NCBI RefSeq assembly: GCF_028641065.1
Contig: NC_073385.1
Location: forward strand, 60,698,001-60,762,000
From: Leucoraja erinacea
Taxonomy: Eukaryota
Length of the DNA: 64,000 nucleotides
Direction: 5' to 3'
Shown in pieces: positions 49,025 to 63,398 of the stretch. The notes beneath the pieces were generated by a model, which was not told where the DNA came from, ran no database searches, and saw nothing but the letters and a program-made list of their open reading frames with translations. The translations under genes were made by a program, and so were the position numbers. Each line of letters starts with the position of its first letter. Position 1 is the stretch's first letter.

Positions 49025-49878
49025 TCATCGGGTGGCGCCATGCACGGCAGCCTCGCCAGCAGTTTGTCCGTCCTTTCACCCGTTTTGTTATTTTTAGTCT
49101 GTCTTAAAGTATGTTTTTGTAGGTTTAAGATCTTTTTATGTGGGGCAGGTGGGGGGGAGGGGGGGGGAAAGGGGGAAACCATTTCCCAGTCACTTCCTGG
49201 TCGAGGATGAGTCTTTTCTCCAAGTCGCATCTCCCCCCCCCCCCCCCCCCCTCGTGGCCTACCATCTGGATTGGCGCAGCCTTTCCTGCCGGAGACCGGC
49301 CAGAGCTTCAACAGCAACGCAACACTGAATTCCATCGCAGAGCTGGACGATGCCTTGCCGGGGATCGCCTGTTGATTGTTGGGCTTGCTGACTTTAACAC
49401 CGTGGAGCTGTGTTTGCGGAGCTTCCAGCCACGGGCGGCGCTGACTTTAACATTGCGGAGCCCTGGGATGTTTTGCCGAGGATCGCCAGCATTGAATCTC
49501 CACCCAGCTCGGCCTGTGGACTTCGGGAGCCGCGGTCTCTGGTAGGAAGTGGCCGATTCGGAAACTCCAAGCCGATGAGAGTGTTCTTCCGTTCCGACGT
49601 CGGAGCTCCGATCATCCCGGTGAGAGGGCCTGAACATCGGGCCACCGTAGCGGCGACTGCGGAGGGCTCAAAGGCCCCGACCACGGGTGAACAAAGAGGA
49701 AGATGACTGAACTTTGTTGCCTTCCCTCACAGTGGGAAAAGGTGATTCCACTGTGTGGCGGATGCTTATGTTAAACTCTATCGTGTATTATGTTTTTTTT
49801 TATTCGTATGGCTGTATGGTAATTCAAATCTCACTATACCAATTGGTGCATGTGATAATAAATGTGAACTTGAACTTG
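49025..49878 (+). mobile_element. GC-rich non-autonomous retroposon
   Basis: Ends in aataaatgtgaacttgaacttg; 5' part related (inverted) to 23465-23560 and 3' part to 23720-23870. Confidence 0.55.
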
Positions 49879-50373
49879 CTCTTACTCTCCACTGGCCTGT
49901 ATGTGCAGTGCAAACAACAAATTCAATACAACGTGACTTCAACAGATGCAGCGTAGAAAACACCTTTCGGGGTACATCAAGTTGGTTGCTCTGCCCAAGA
50001 CCACGAGAAATTACAAAGAGCTGTGGATGTGTCCATCACACAAATTAGCAATACACTTCATATTGCCTTGGGAAAGCAGCCAACAAAAATCAAGGACCAT
50101 TTACACTTTAATCATCCCCTCTTCTTCCCTCTCCCATCAGGCAAAGACACAAAAACTTGAAATAATGTACCACCACATTCAGGAACAACTTCTTTCTGCT
50201 CTTTTCAGACTACTGAACAGTCTTCTCATAAGCTAAGGATGCAGACCTGATCTCCCAACTTGCCCCGCTGAAGCCCTTGCACTTATTAATCTGCACTTTC
50301 TCTGTAACTGTAATGCTGTAATGCTTTAATACTGTATTATAGACTCTGGTATCTTTGCACCACCTATTTTTGT

Positions 50374-51287
50374 GTACGGACGTGGTATCGAAGGACGAGA
50401 AGCCGAAGCGAAGAAGTGGAAGCCAAATAAACAAACAGAAACAAAGCTGAAAATCCAAATAAAGAAAGGGCGGGACGCCTAAAAGCCAACTTACCGAATG
50501 GCCGCAACGTCGAGCAACCAACTCACCGAACGGACACAATGCTGAAAAGCCAAATAACGTACATGACGTCGCTGGGGGGCAGGACTTGTCAGCGATTGGT
50601 CCAGACCCCCGCGTCCATCACATCACTGGCTGGGGAGACGGGAGGGTGGGGGTTATTTTCCCACACAAGACCGCTGGGGCTGGAGGGTGACTGGGCACTC
50701 TGAACCCGAGTACCAAGGTGTAAGCGGCCGAAGGGGAACATCCCTCGGGTCAGCCCCCACACTCCCTCCCAGGGTCAGCGCTGTCTGGCCACGGCCGCCC
50801 TCCGCCTTGTCTCCCCCGTGCGGCTGTGGGTCAGCAGCGCACACACACACACACGGGGCTGGGTGGAGCAGAGTTGGGGACAGTCTGGTCCCTCCCCCCA
50901 CCCAGAGTCATTGCCCGCGATGCACCTCCAACACCCACACCGGGTGATTCACCACTCCTCCCCCCACCCCCCCGGCCGCGGGGACAGACAGCCAGGGCGC
51001 ATTAGAAGATCATCTGAGCATCTTGAAATCAATCTCATGAGCACGAGTGAAAGATAGTCGAGTGACGCGGTATCGATCAGCCCACATCACACAGAGTGGA
51101 AAACAATGAAATGGAAATTACAAATTATTCAATTGCAACTTTCCCCTGGTGCAGGTGTCGGGTTGTTGGCTTTTAGGCATCCTGTCCTTTCGGTTATTTG
51201 GCTTTTCGACTTTGTTTCCGTTCAGTTATTTGGCTTCCACTTCTTCGCTTCGGCTTCTCGTCCTTCGGCGCCACGTCCGGGTACCCC
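50374..51287. mobile_element. MITE with ~150-bp TIRs
   Basis: cggacgtgg..cgaaggacgagaagccgaagcgaagaagtggaagccaaataa and its reverse complement at 51226-51284. Confidence 0.85.
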
Positions 51288-53493
51288 TATTTTATTTTTA
51301 TGTATGGCTTGGTGGTTCAATTATCCTTTTATTGTCACATGTACAAAGTGTTAACACAGTAAATTTTATTTCCTTACAAACAGTCCAGTAGAGTATTTCC
51401 ATACCCCAAATCCCCGATTGGCAAGTGTACAGAAACAGTCTACTGATCCTGCTTGCAAGAGGCGCCAATTTCCAAAGCTCCACTCTAGGACTTTTGAGGG
51501 GTGCCTGTCCAGGCAAGTCCCAGGCTGTTGCGGGCCTCCAGCCAACTCCTTCCTTGGGCACCACGTCCATTTCCTCGCCCATCCACCTTTGTGTTCCGCA
51601 ACCGGCCTCGAGAGTGCAAAAGGCCCTAAACCGGTTCCCTTCCCTCTCCAATGGGCATTGCTCTTCACCCTTGATGTTGGCTCCATCTTCCCAGTCTCTG
51701 GGCTTTGGGGGACAAGCTAGGGCCGACAAGGTGGCCTCCCCCTTCCAGGCTGGCAGTTCACCGAGGAGCAGGAGACCAGCCCAGCAAATTCCTCCTACAG
51801 GTCATGATATGCCGAGTCTTCCATTTGGCCCAGGGGGACTGGCTTGGAGGGGCTCCCTTGAAGCCACGATCAGCTGGGTCTTCTGTTCCTTCCATTCCAT
51901 TTAGCCAAGCCAGGGCCATGGCCTCCTGGGAGCATCCCAGATTGTACTCATGTATAGTATGATTTGATTTAAAAGCACACAAACAGTTTTTCACTGAATC
52001 TCACTACACGTAACAATAATAACCAATATCAATCCAGGGCAAAGCAGCCTGCTTACCTAGCCTTTCAACAATTATCCTTGACATTTATTCTCTCTACCAC
52101 AGCCAAAATGTGGCAGCAGTTTTTCACCCTGGCTCCTCTTGAGTAGGGGTCGCAGGTTTGTGGGATGCCCCACCACCAGCGTAGAGGCACCTCCACCTGA
52201 AGGTTCCAATCCAATCTCATACAATTTGGAAATATATTGTCATCATTGGAACCACATGACGGAACTGCCTACCGAACATCACTGTGGGAATAACTTCACC
52301 GGAAGGACTGCAGTTGTGTAAGAGACTGGCTTGTTTGTAGTTACCACATGGACTGCAGTCAGCCACTTTGACCACAAGGGACTGCCTCAGAAGAAGCATA
52401 GGTCTCTTCACAATGGTTGTGTAGAACCAGTGTTTTAACACCATGTTATAGATAGAACAAATACATCATACGATGGAATTGTACAATCGATTCACAAGGA
52501 TGACAAATGTTTTTAATTACAATTTTATTAGTCTGATAACGCACATGATTTATGGATATTATCATTTTCTTTCAAGTTCCTGAAATGAGGATGTAAATCT
52601 CATGCTTCCTATTTTTAAAATTTCCCTATGACAAAGGAGGCCATTCAGTCCATTGAATCTATACCAGGTCTCAGAGCATTCCCATTTTCCCCCACTTATT
52701 TCCCTGTAACCTTCTTTCACACACATGCCTATTAACTCCACCAGATTCTAACCACCCAGTCAAATCAGGTACAATTTACAATAGCCAATTAACCAACCAG
52801 CCAGTATGTCTATGCTATATGCTAGGAAGCAAGATGACCCAAGGGAAACTCATGCAGGCATGAGAAGAATATGCAAACTCCACATAGACAGGCCAATCTC
52901 ACAGTCTTCAACTTCCTCATATCAGTTAGTGGCTAGAATATATATTTTTGTGCTTGAAGGTGACTTGCACATCACTGTGGTTAAAGCAATCCTCCAAAGC
53001 AATTTCTATTTTTTCATGCACTTTTTTCAGCTGCTCAGTGGAGACCAAGGAATTAAATTGCTTCCTTACATGTTAATAGCCTTAACACAGCACGAGTCAT
53101 GAGAAAATGGCCACACAAGTGGATAGGGCGGTAAGGAAGACATATAACATGATTGCCATCAATGGCCGACACAAAGAACACAAACGTTAGGAAGTCATGT
53201 TGCAGTTGTATAAAAACTGACCAAGGCCACTTTTGAAGTATTGAGTGCAGTTCAGGTTGCCACACTGTAGGAGGATGTGGAGGCTTTGGAGAGGTGCAGA
53301 AGAGGTTTCCAAGATGTTGGCTGGAAATAGCGTTATAAGCTATTAAGCGAGATTGACGACCTGAAATATTGACTCTGTGGCTCTTCCCACAGAACAACAT
53401 CTGACATGTAAACTCCAGAATATTGGGAGATGCATGGATTTCCTGAGCGGCCGGCAGCTGCTTTGAGAGTCTTTGAGACTCCGCCACACTCAC

Positions 53494-53604
53494 CTGAGTT
53501 CTTCTGTGTTCTTTAGCTTTCTCATTTCTTTCTGTGTCATACACTGAGATGGTCAGTTCATTCGCTCTACGTTCTGTTGCCCTGTCCTTGAGAATTTCAC
53601 GTAC
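53494..53604 (-). CDS. DRC7: DRC7 exon
   Basis: VREILKDRATERRANELTISVYDTERNEKAKEHRRTQ, 111 nt, ttcag|...|gtgagt. Confidence 0.95.
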
Positions 53605-55877
53605 CTGAAATAAAGTATGTTATGTGTCAACTGGATGTATTTTTTAATTTAATAAATATTTCAGGGCAGAACTTCTCAGCAAGGGTTGGTCGTTAGGTTG
53701 ATCCTATTCTATGTGAATGGTTTTACTAAGTTAATTTATTATAAATCGGTTGTTGGTTAGCTTACAAATTGAAACAGATATATTGTTTTATGTGAAACAT
53801 GTGATTTAAGTGACAGAGCTTGCAGGCAGAATTTTCCCCAATGTGTGCCTGAAGTGCCGGCATCACTCTCACAGTCAATAAGCTGTGGCTTTAAATCTTA
53901 CTCCAGAAAAGGGCAGAGTAGCACATGCCAATTTTTGGACAGTAAGTTAAACTTAGGCGTTGACTGCCTTCTCTGCTATGTTCTCAACCTAGGTGTCTCA
54001 GGATTTGGTTGCGTCTAATATGAATGTCGCTTGGCAGTCGAGATATCCTTCCCAATATCCAGGACAATTTCCTTTAGACACATTGTGTCCTTTAAAATAA
54101 CAGGAAGTAAATTTAACATGCACAAGAAAGGAAGATGGCATTCAGTGTTGTGTGGAAGGGTTGTCTGTTTGATTAGCATCATATCTTACAACCAAGCACA
54201 GATCACAGGTTTGTGGAGTCCATCAGGTCTTGAACACTGCACAGCATTAACCACAACCCAACCTCAGCAACTATGATCTCTACCATGCACTTTATTTTAG
54301 TTGCATTACATACTTTAGATTTGCACTATAATGGCCATGGTACCTAGTATTACTGATTATTAATGTATTGTATAATTGTTTATTGTATATTTATTTATGT
54401 GTTATTGCATGAAAGTAGCTTTAAAACTGCAGCAAGAAAGAATTTAATTGGTCTGTTGCCAGTGTAATAATAATAATAATATATTTTATTGTTATTGCAC
54501 ATAAGCGCACGAGATTTGGTATGCAGCTTCCAACCGATGTCATAACATAAATAACTAATAAAATTTGGATTTAGATATCCCGAGAACATGGATTGTAAAA
54601 AGAACAGTAAAACAGTTCAACAGACTAAAGTGCAGATATAAGACTTGAGGCTTCACCAACTAACCCAAATGTTCAGGCTCAACAACCAACAGACAATGAA
54701 TCTCCGAGGTGAGGAAAGAAAAATAAATACATTCTTTGTCAATTTATTTTAAAATAATGTTTGTATCCCATTCCTATTGTATACAGCTGAACAAGATCTA
54801 GGAAATTGTGGTAATAATTCTATCACTCCAACTAATGGGTTTTGCAGTAGCACTGGAATGCTGTCAGTCTGTTATTTATAATATGGACAAAAAGTCAGAA
54901 TGATAACTGTTATGCACTTTATTCTGCATGTTTTTTGGGAATATAAATAACAAATCAACTTGTGTTTGTATGGCACCTTTATCTTGGTAAAATACTCCAA
55001 GACATTTCAGAAGACCATTACAAAACAAATTTTGACAAGGATCATAATGGTGGAGCAATAGAGAGTAGAAATGAAGAGAAAGGCAGACTTGGAGGTGCAC
55101 TGAGATCTTGGACTGTTACAAAGGACTGGAAGAGGCTACAAAGGGAGAGTAGGTCACAGTGATATGAGCACAAATAAAGGAATTTTAGATTTGAGGCAGT
55201 TGGAATAACGAACGATGTGAGTTAACAAGTGCAGAAAGTGATAGACATTCAGTAAGAGCTAGTGTGAATTTGTACACTGGCACCAGAATTTTGAACTAGC
55301 TAAAGTTTTACAAGGAGTGAAAGTCCAGCTGCAGAAGCAACGGAACAGTTAAGGCCAAAGGAAACACCCCATTTTCCAAATAATATTTTTGCAGTTGCTT
55401 GACAAGACAGAAGTAGAATGATAAACCATATAAAGGTAAAAGTGAAAGATTTAACCATTATAACATTTTGCTTTTCCATTTTATTTACTTATATCATTCA
55501 TTTTATTACCTTGCCCATTTTTTATCTAAGAAGGTGATCCCATCTGGGTTTCCCCATACATTGGCTATTCATATTTCCTTTGCTGTCAATTTTTTCAAAA
55601 CAATTATGAATAAATAAAGTCAAAGACCCATCATATAACATGTTTTTGTTGATCTTTTACTGCATTAAATAACTATCACTGAGCTGGTACGTTAATCCCA
55701 TTTTTATTCTCCTCGTTTTTTTCAACCCCCCCCCCCCCAGTTTCTACCACTCACCCACACAGTAAGGCCCAAATAATTTGCCAACCCACACATCTCCAAG
55801 ACATAGGGGTTGGGAACTGGAGCACTTGGAGGAATCTCAGTCACAGGAAGGCAAGCAAACTGCACAGAAACAGGAAG

Positions 55878-56972
55878 TACACAAAAAAGCTGGAGAAACT
55901 CAGCGGGTGCAGCAGCATCTATGGAGCGAAGGAAATAGGCAACGTTTCGGGCCGAAACCCTTCTTCAGACTGATCGGGGGCGGGGGTGGGCGGGGACAAG
56001 AAAGGAAAAAGGAGGAGGAGCCCGAAGGCTGGGGGATGGGAGGAGACAGCAGGGGGACTGAGGAAGGGGAGGAGACAGCAAGGACTAACAAAATTGGGAG
56101 AATTCTATGTTCATGCCCCCAGGGTGCAGACTCCCCAAACGGAATACGAGGTGCTGTTCCTCCAATTTCCGGTGCTGCTCGCTGTGGCCATGGAGGAGAC
56201 CCAGGACAGAGAGGTCGGAGATGGAGTGGGAGGGGGAGTTGAAGTGCTGAGCCACCGGGAGGTCAGCTTGGTTATTGCGGACCGAGCGGAGGTGTTCGGC
56301 GAAACGATCGCCCAACCTCCGCTTGGTCTCACCGATATAGATCTGCTGACATCTAGAGCAGCGGACGCAATAGATGAGGTTGGAAGAGATGCAGGTAAAC
56401 CTCTGTCGCACCTGGAACGATTGCTTGGGTCCTTGAACGGAGTCGAGGGGGGAGGTAAAGGGACAAGTGTTGCATCTCTTGCGGTTGCAAGGGAAAGTGC
56501 CCGGGGAGGGGGTGGTACGAGAGGGAAGGGAAGAATTGACAAGGGAGTTATGGAGGGAGCGGTCTTTGCGGAAGGCAGATATGGGGGGAGATGGGAAGAT
56601 GTGGCGAGTGGTGGGGTCACGTTGGAGGTGGCGAAACTGACGGAGGATTACTTTTTGTATGTGACGGCTGGTGGGGTGAAATGTGAGGACTAGGGGGACT
56701 CGGCCCTTGTTGCGAGTGGGGGGGATGGGGAGAGAGAGCAGTGTTGCGGGGTATGGAAGAGACCCTGGTGCAAGCCTCATTTATGGTGGAGGAGGGGAAC
56801 CCCCGTTCCCTGAATAATGAGGACATTTCAGATGTCCTGGTGTGGAACGCCTCATCCGTGGAGCAGATGCGGCGTAGACGGAGGGATTGGGAGTAGGGGA
56901 TGGAGTCCTTACAGGAAGCAGGGTGGGAAGAAGTGTAGTCCAGATAGCCATGGGAGTCAGTGGGTTTATAGT
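55878..56972 (-). mobile_element. Young Penelope-like element with an intact GIY-YIG endonuclease segment
   Basis: VPLVLTFHP, PCNRKRCNTC, NLIYCVRC...YIGETKRRLGDRFAEH, GMNIEF; terminal repeat with a CTGAAGA..GAAA core. Confidence 0.93.
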
Positions 56973-57263
56973 GTATGTCTATCTCTGCACAGAAACAGAA
57001 TCTGTTGTCAGAACTGAACCCAGATCCCCGGTAAAAAAACCCCAGCAGTTTACATGCTGCACCACAGTGCCACCCTCAAATTGTACACATTTGATGCAAC
57101 TTCTCCGACATAACAATCATACTTCAAAAGTACTTCATTATCACTGATAAGAAAGGCGATAAAATGTAAATTTGATTGTCTTTCTCATGCTGTAAGATGA
57201 GTAATGACATGCAAAACAAATGTTTGCTTCATTGAAAATCAACAAGACAAATAACAACATTAC

Positions 57264-57374
57264 CTCATGCTCAGAATCTCTAACAGCTTGCATTGATGTA
57301 GTTTGTGCCTTCATAAGTCCTATCATCGTCTGATACAGAACCACGTTTTTACATGGCTTCACCAGAGGGTCAAC
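57264..57374 (-). CDS. DRC7: DRC7 exon
   Basis: VDPLVKPCKNVVLYQTMIGLMKAQTTSMQAVRDSEHE, 111 nt, ctacag|...|gtaatg. Confidence 0.92.
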
Positions 57375-58455
57375 CTGTAGGGGAGAACGATGGTAAATCT
57401 TTAACAGCAGAATCTCATTTCTCTTTGTCTATCTCACAAGAAAATAAAACATAACAATCACCTGATAACATACCATGGAATGCAGAGAATGATTTTTAAT
57501 TGTAAATTTGGGGTTTGGGTTAAACATTTCAAAAACATTTAAATATATGACACCTGCCCGTGACATGCATTTCTGGGTTTAATCGAGGCAGATGAATGGA
57601 GGCTCCATGGTTTCACGATTATAGTTAGTTAGCTGATTTCTATATTTAGCAGTGGCTGAATGAGTTTTTCCACACCTCAAGGAATCCAATAATTGAAAGA
57701 AGACAAAGCCAGGTTCAGACAGGTGGTAAGCACGAGTTGTGCAAAACCAATTCCTCTTACACACCATAGGGACTTTCCTCCGAGAAAGGTTGGTTGTTGG
57801 ATTAATTAGGCAGTAGACAATTATTGGATAAATGCATCAGAGAATATAATTCAACGCAGTTGTGGAAGAGGGGAAGCAGGGCTCGGTGAAGACTACTAGA
57901 ATAGCACTCATGGCACTCTGCATGGATCACAAATTGGACTTGCCTGCACCCATAGATAGCTCTGAGATTCTCTCTCACATGTCTGTGAGCTTAACCTGTA
58001 AACCAACATGGTTTATGGATGTAAAGTTTCCAAGGTATAAAGATTGACAATGTGGGGGTCATATCTTCACAGTATGTGAGGAAGACTGGTAGTTCTTGGA
58101 TTTCCATTCAAACTCATAAAATCGTGCCTCGCTTTTTGCGCATATTACAGAGACAACGAAATGCATTCTCCCCAAATCGTGCCTCGCTTTTTGCGCATAT
58201 TACAACTCCTCCGCTCCTTCTTTCTTCCATCCATTGCCCACCTGCCACTGCCTGGCTTTACTCGGACACCTGGGATCACATTCACCGATACATTTATCCC
58301 ACAAATATCTATAGACCAGGTGAATATTCAATACATGAAATATCCAACACCTTCTGTACGAACTTCCATCTTTTCAAATATCCTGAAAATTGTTAATCCA
58401 GAATAGCCAATCGAGATACGTTTAATTTTGCTGGGCAGGGAGAACGTTACTCCAC

Positions 58456-58671
58456 CTCAAACGTCATAACAATCTGGTCCATGTTAACCTCCTGGTCATC
58501 TTTTTGCATCAGGTTTGGTGGGAGGATGAATTCTCTCTTCACTGCTGTGATCCTGTCATCCTCACGATGATACGTCAGCTGAACATGCTCTGAAGTGATC
58601 AGGAATATTTGCTCTGCCACATCCTGGTGGGCTGGCTTATTTCTGTTTCTGGCAAAGCGTTCTGTTATTTT
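58456..58671 (-). CDS. DRC7: DRC7 exon
   Basis: KITERFARNRNKPAHQDVAEQIF...YHREDDRITAVKREF...MTFE, 216 nt. Confidence 0.94.
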
Positions 58672-58845
58672 CTATAATAAAAAATAAAATTAAAATTCAG
58701 AAACTGCAGACAATATTCAGTACGCCATGCAGCCTCAACAGAGAGACACCTTGTGGTTAATTGTGCTTTATCAAATCTAGGAAAAGTCAGAAATGAGACA
58801 GGCATTGCAAAGAAATTGGGGAGATGTAAAGAGAACAGAGTGGGT

Positions 58846-58885
<40 letters not shown>

Positions 58886-60132
58886 GGAGGTTTCATCCTG
58901 GGTGGAGTGGAGGGAGATACTGTAAGTAGGGGCAGTGCTGGCAAAAGTATATCTGGTGGAACACAGCAAATGTTAAGGGATACTCAGCAGGTCGGACCGT
59001 ATCTAAGGAGAAATGTGTGGTTTAATTTGCAGAGAGGAGGAAGGACTTTTCCCTCTGTGGAGGGAAATGGCCGAGTACAAAAACAAAGGCTGTCTGGATG
59101 ACGCAATTGCTGTGAGTGATATCCAAGGCAGGGAAATGAATGCCTGTAATTTGCAGCTCGTCTTGTATGACCCTATAAATAGAGGAAGATGAATGAGGGC
59201 AGTAAAAGTGAGAAAGACTTACGAGGTCTTGAACTGGAATTGCCTGAAGTTGGTGTTGAGTCCCAAAGGCTGTTATTTGATGTGATGCTAAGCTTGGTTG
59301 GAACAGTGTAGGAGGTCAGATTGAGAACGGGTGGTGAATTAACGTAACAGGTTACTGGAACTTCACAGTCATCCATGCAGATTGAACAGTGGTGTCCTGC
59401 AAAATGGTTAACCAATCATACTATGGCTTTTCCCAAAGTAGATGAGGCCATATTGAGAGTACACCTAATTAAAAGAAGTGCAAGCAAATCATTGCTTTGC
59501 CTGGAAGGAATGTTTGGGTCCCAGGAGAGCAAAAAGGGAAAAGGTTGAAAAGAATGTATTGTATCTCTTGTGGTTGCACGGGAATTATTTGCGAGAAGAG
59601 GAGTGAGTAATGGTGATCACACTTCATAGTGTTCATTGGAAAATACGTTTTACATTTCTTTGCCCAACCATTTCAAAACATTTTAACTCACCTAAATGGT
59701 AATCTTACACTGTGTTAAGAGGGCTATGCAACCAAGAAAGAGTGATTTACATCATGCTCATGTCCAACTCTGTTCCTATATAGGGCCAGGACTGATTTCC
59801 TCAGCACACAATCCACTGAGATACTTCTCCAGTGTTTGGGAATTACACCAAAGCCAAAAAAAAGTAATTCATGAGGGTAAGCCGATTCCTGATGTAGATG
59901 GTCCACAAGTAACATGTGCCAAACGGCTCTCAGCGAGTGAAATATGGGCTGTTTCTTGCCTAGTGGGAAGTTAAAATGTAATCATGGCATATGTTCTGTG
60001 ATGCAGTCACAAGAACAGTTGCTTCACTTCATCTAACACGGTGTGTAAAAGCCTAAAGAGTTTGAAAATGCAACCTAACTCCCATAGTCTGCTCCCAATC
60101 AACATAATCCATATGCCAAAACATAGACGGTT

Positions 60133-60462
60133 AGAAACATAGAAAATAGGTGCAGGAGTAGGCCATTCGGCCTTCGTGCCAGCATCACCATTCAATGGAC
60201 AATTGACAATAGGTGCAGGAGTAGGCCAATCGGCCCTTCTTGCCAGCATCGCTATTCAATAGACAATTGACAATAGGTGCAGGAGTAGGCCATTCGGCCT
60301 TCGTGCCAGCATCGCCATTTCAATGGACAATAGACAATAGGTGCAGGAGTAGGCCATTCGGCCTTCGTGCCAGCATCGAGCCAGCACCACCATTCAATGT
60401 GATCTTGGATGATCACATTCAATATGATTATTGCTGATCATCCTAAATCAGTACCCTGTTCA
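60133..60462 (-). repeat. Tandem array of CR1 3' termini (4 units of 63-64 bp)
   Basis: ataggtgcaggagtaggcca at 60146, 60209, 60273, 60337. Confidence 0.9.
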
Positions 60463-60925
60463 AGATTCATGCTCACATTGAGAATCCCGATGAGTGTTCC
60501 CTGATCAGTTGATATAGGCCATTGAAGGTGTGGTTCCCTTCTCCTGATCACTGTGCAGTGACCCTTTGCTGCACACCAGTCTCAATAGTCAATTATGATA
60601 CCCACTTAGCGTAAATAATTTGTCGACATTCTTTTTTTTATAGGCACAATTTTGGAGCAGTTACTACTTGGAAAAGGACTGGAGAAGTAGAGGCAGGTAC
60701 AATTTTCAAAGGTGAAGAAAATCAGAAGAGACAGAGAATCAAGAAGAGCCAGAGGAGGCAGGTATAATAACAACATTCAAAAGGCATTTGGGCAGGTACA
60801 TAGACAGGAAATGGATATGGGCCAAACGTGAGTAATTAAGATTTTTAAATGGGGCGTTTTAGTCAACATGGAGTTGGGCCAAAGGGCTATTTTCTATTCT
60901 ATATGACTTAAAGTGAAGTACTTAC

Positions 60926-61149
60926 TAGAATGGTGCGGTAGTTTGAGTGACTAGCTCCAGGGAGCTTCACTTTCTTCAGTCGTTTGGCAAAGACTGTGTG
61001 TCTGTAAATGAGGAAGTCTGGCCTGTCCCTGAACTTCCCTATCATCTCTGTAGGAGTTTCCACTCTGCTCATCAGCCCATCCACACGAAGCTTTCCATTG
61101 AATTTCATTGTCCTGTCGGTCTCTGGCTCGGATGATCGGAAGACGTGTT
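60926..61149 (-). CDS. DRC7: DRC7 exon
   Basis: HVFRSSEPETDRTMKFNGKLRVDGLMSRVETPTEM...RPDFLIYRH...YRTIL, 224 nt. Confidence 0.95.
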
Positions 61150-63398
61150 CTGTAACACCAGGCAGTCATGGAGGAGTCATGAAGACCAGTCTGACACATC
61201 AGTAACAACAATTCATTACCTTTTTTAACTGCCGCTACTTTTCTCTCTTTTTCATAAAAGTATCCACTCATTTGAAGATGGTTATTTAACCATGCTCATC
61301 ACCCCAACCACCTCTCCCCAAATCACATTTGACGTGTGAAAAAGGCAGGGCATTGCAATTGCAGCTTAGACCTTTCCATTTCCTTGAGAAGGTCTCTGGA
61401 GTTAAAATGAGGAGTTAATTCTCACATTTGGTGGCCTTAACACATGCAGTCTCTCGATGTTGTTTCGAGCAAGATTATCATTGTTAGTGGGGGGAAGATG
61501 CTCACATCTTTGGTGTATGTTAAGTTAGCAGGTCTTGGGCAGAACAGAGATAAGTGCAGTCCTGAATGTTAGATTGCCACTTACATCTACTGCAGCAAAA
61601 ACAAATATGGCAATGTTGCATATCTGCTTGGTGCACCAAAGCCCTACCTGTTACCCTTCCATTGAAGTTATATAACCTCCACACAGTTGCAACTAAATTC
61701 TGTGTGCTTGACTGACTTCCTGCAACGTAACATATGCCCAATGAACAGTGTCCCAACACCCTGGGCCAATATGGTACTTTGTAATTCAATAGACCAGGGG
61801 GAAAGAAATTGCTGTAAAGCTGATGGTCAGATTAACAAGCCAAATCACTTTTGAGGGCAACCCAGAGAAAATAAAAGTCTGAAATTTATCAAGAAGTTTT
61901 CACTATTGTCATTTTGACTGCAATGCAATTTCCACGCAGTTAAATGAGGTAATATTAGAACTGACACAGCCTGGCTTAGACTTGGCATGGTTTAGTGACT
62001 CAATCTATTTTGATGGAGAATAACTCTGAAGGAGGTACATAAACTTAATTTGTTTTGAAGAGCACATGTGTTCTGTCAGTGGGGATGACACCAAGCTTCC
62101 AGTTGCCCACTACTTTAAATCTGCATCCTGTGCCCATCTGTCTATGGTCTCTTGCACTCTTACAATGAGACCCAACTCAAGCTTGAGGAACAGCTAGATG
62201 ACTCAACGTTAAGTACTAATCTTCAGGTGATTTGATTTTTCTGCACCAGTTGTCCATCTGTGACATTGACTCAGCTCGTTTGTTTTATTTCCTTTTTTAA
62301 ATCTCTCTGTGAGTGAAGGCCATGCCCACCCTGACTTGCAACATTTAATGTGACAACAGAAGACAATGTGAAGTCCTGATTTCCAAAAAGTGAAGCCGCA
62401 GCAGCTTCAGTTATTAAATTTCCCACCTACTTTTTCCTCATAAGCATTGTGGCAAAATTCTAAAATTATTCAGGTAGAAGATGTTCTTACTTGGAAAATG
62501 AATACAGGTATTTTACTATCAATACTGGTTGCAGATCAGCAATTGTATTGTGTGCTCTAGAGTGCAGGTCCCTCTATTCTGGTCTAATGAAGTACAGATT
62601 GAAAGTACTGTTCAGTGTTAGTGCGATCCTTTGTGTTTCCACATCAAGCATTCTCATGGTTTGCCATTTTTTGGACTATCGAGTCTTGTGCTGAGAGCAT
62701 ATTTCTGATGGATATGAGGTCAGAACCTCAAATTAATTAAATGTGGATCATGTGGTCACTTCCACTCCATCAATCTGGGATGGATTAAAACACATTTCTT
62801 CAAGATGAACAAAACATTTTGCATACTTCCTACCCACCCTCAGCCCAATGCGTCCATTTTAATGGGCAGGTACTCGAGGCAAACCTGTCAATCCATTAAG
62901 TATTGTAGTGCATTGATAGCTAATGAGGATAGCATCCAACATAGAAGCCAATGTTGTTGCCTTACAATATCTTACTCTTTTTTCCCTGGGATATCATTGG
63001 GTGAAAGTTGCCAATAAAGCCCCAAAATTCTTCCAATGGAGGGAAGGACTCCAGCTTCTATTTCTCCATTTGAGTTGCAAAGCATCACAATTTTTAGGCT
63101 ACAAAGAAATTCTTGAAATAATTTTGGGGCTCGTTCGCTTGAAATATTGAGAATTTAAAAAAGTTAAAAAGGAGAATGTTTCGGGGATCACAGCAGTATC
63201 AAACCATCTGCAATGAACAGGTTATAGCAAATAATGGAGAGCATAGATTAATACTATAGCCATGCACTGCTAGCCAGCTTGAATGATTTTTATAGAAGAC
63301 ACCAGCAACACCACAAGGACTCACTGTTGTCTAATTCTTACATGAAACACTACTGTCTCTCACTTATACTCTTTCTATGTTTTTTGTGTTGCTCTCAC

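Noticed and set aside
55986-56693. 235-aa plus-strand ORF
   Set aside because: Antisense to the Penelope GIY-YIG ORF
58845-58885. Long poly-G run (and poly-C at ~35856-35882) as functional G-quadruplexes
   Set aside because: Homopolymers within transposon remnants; lengths are unreliable and there is no evidence of function
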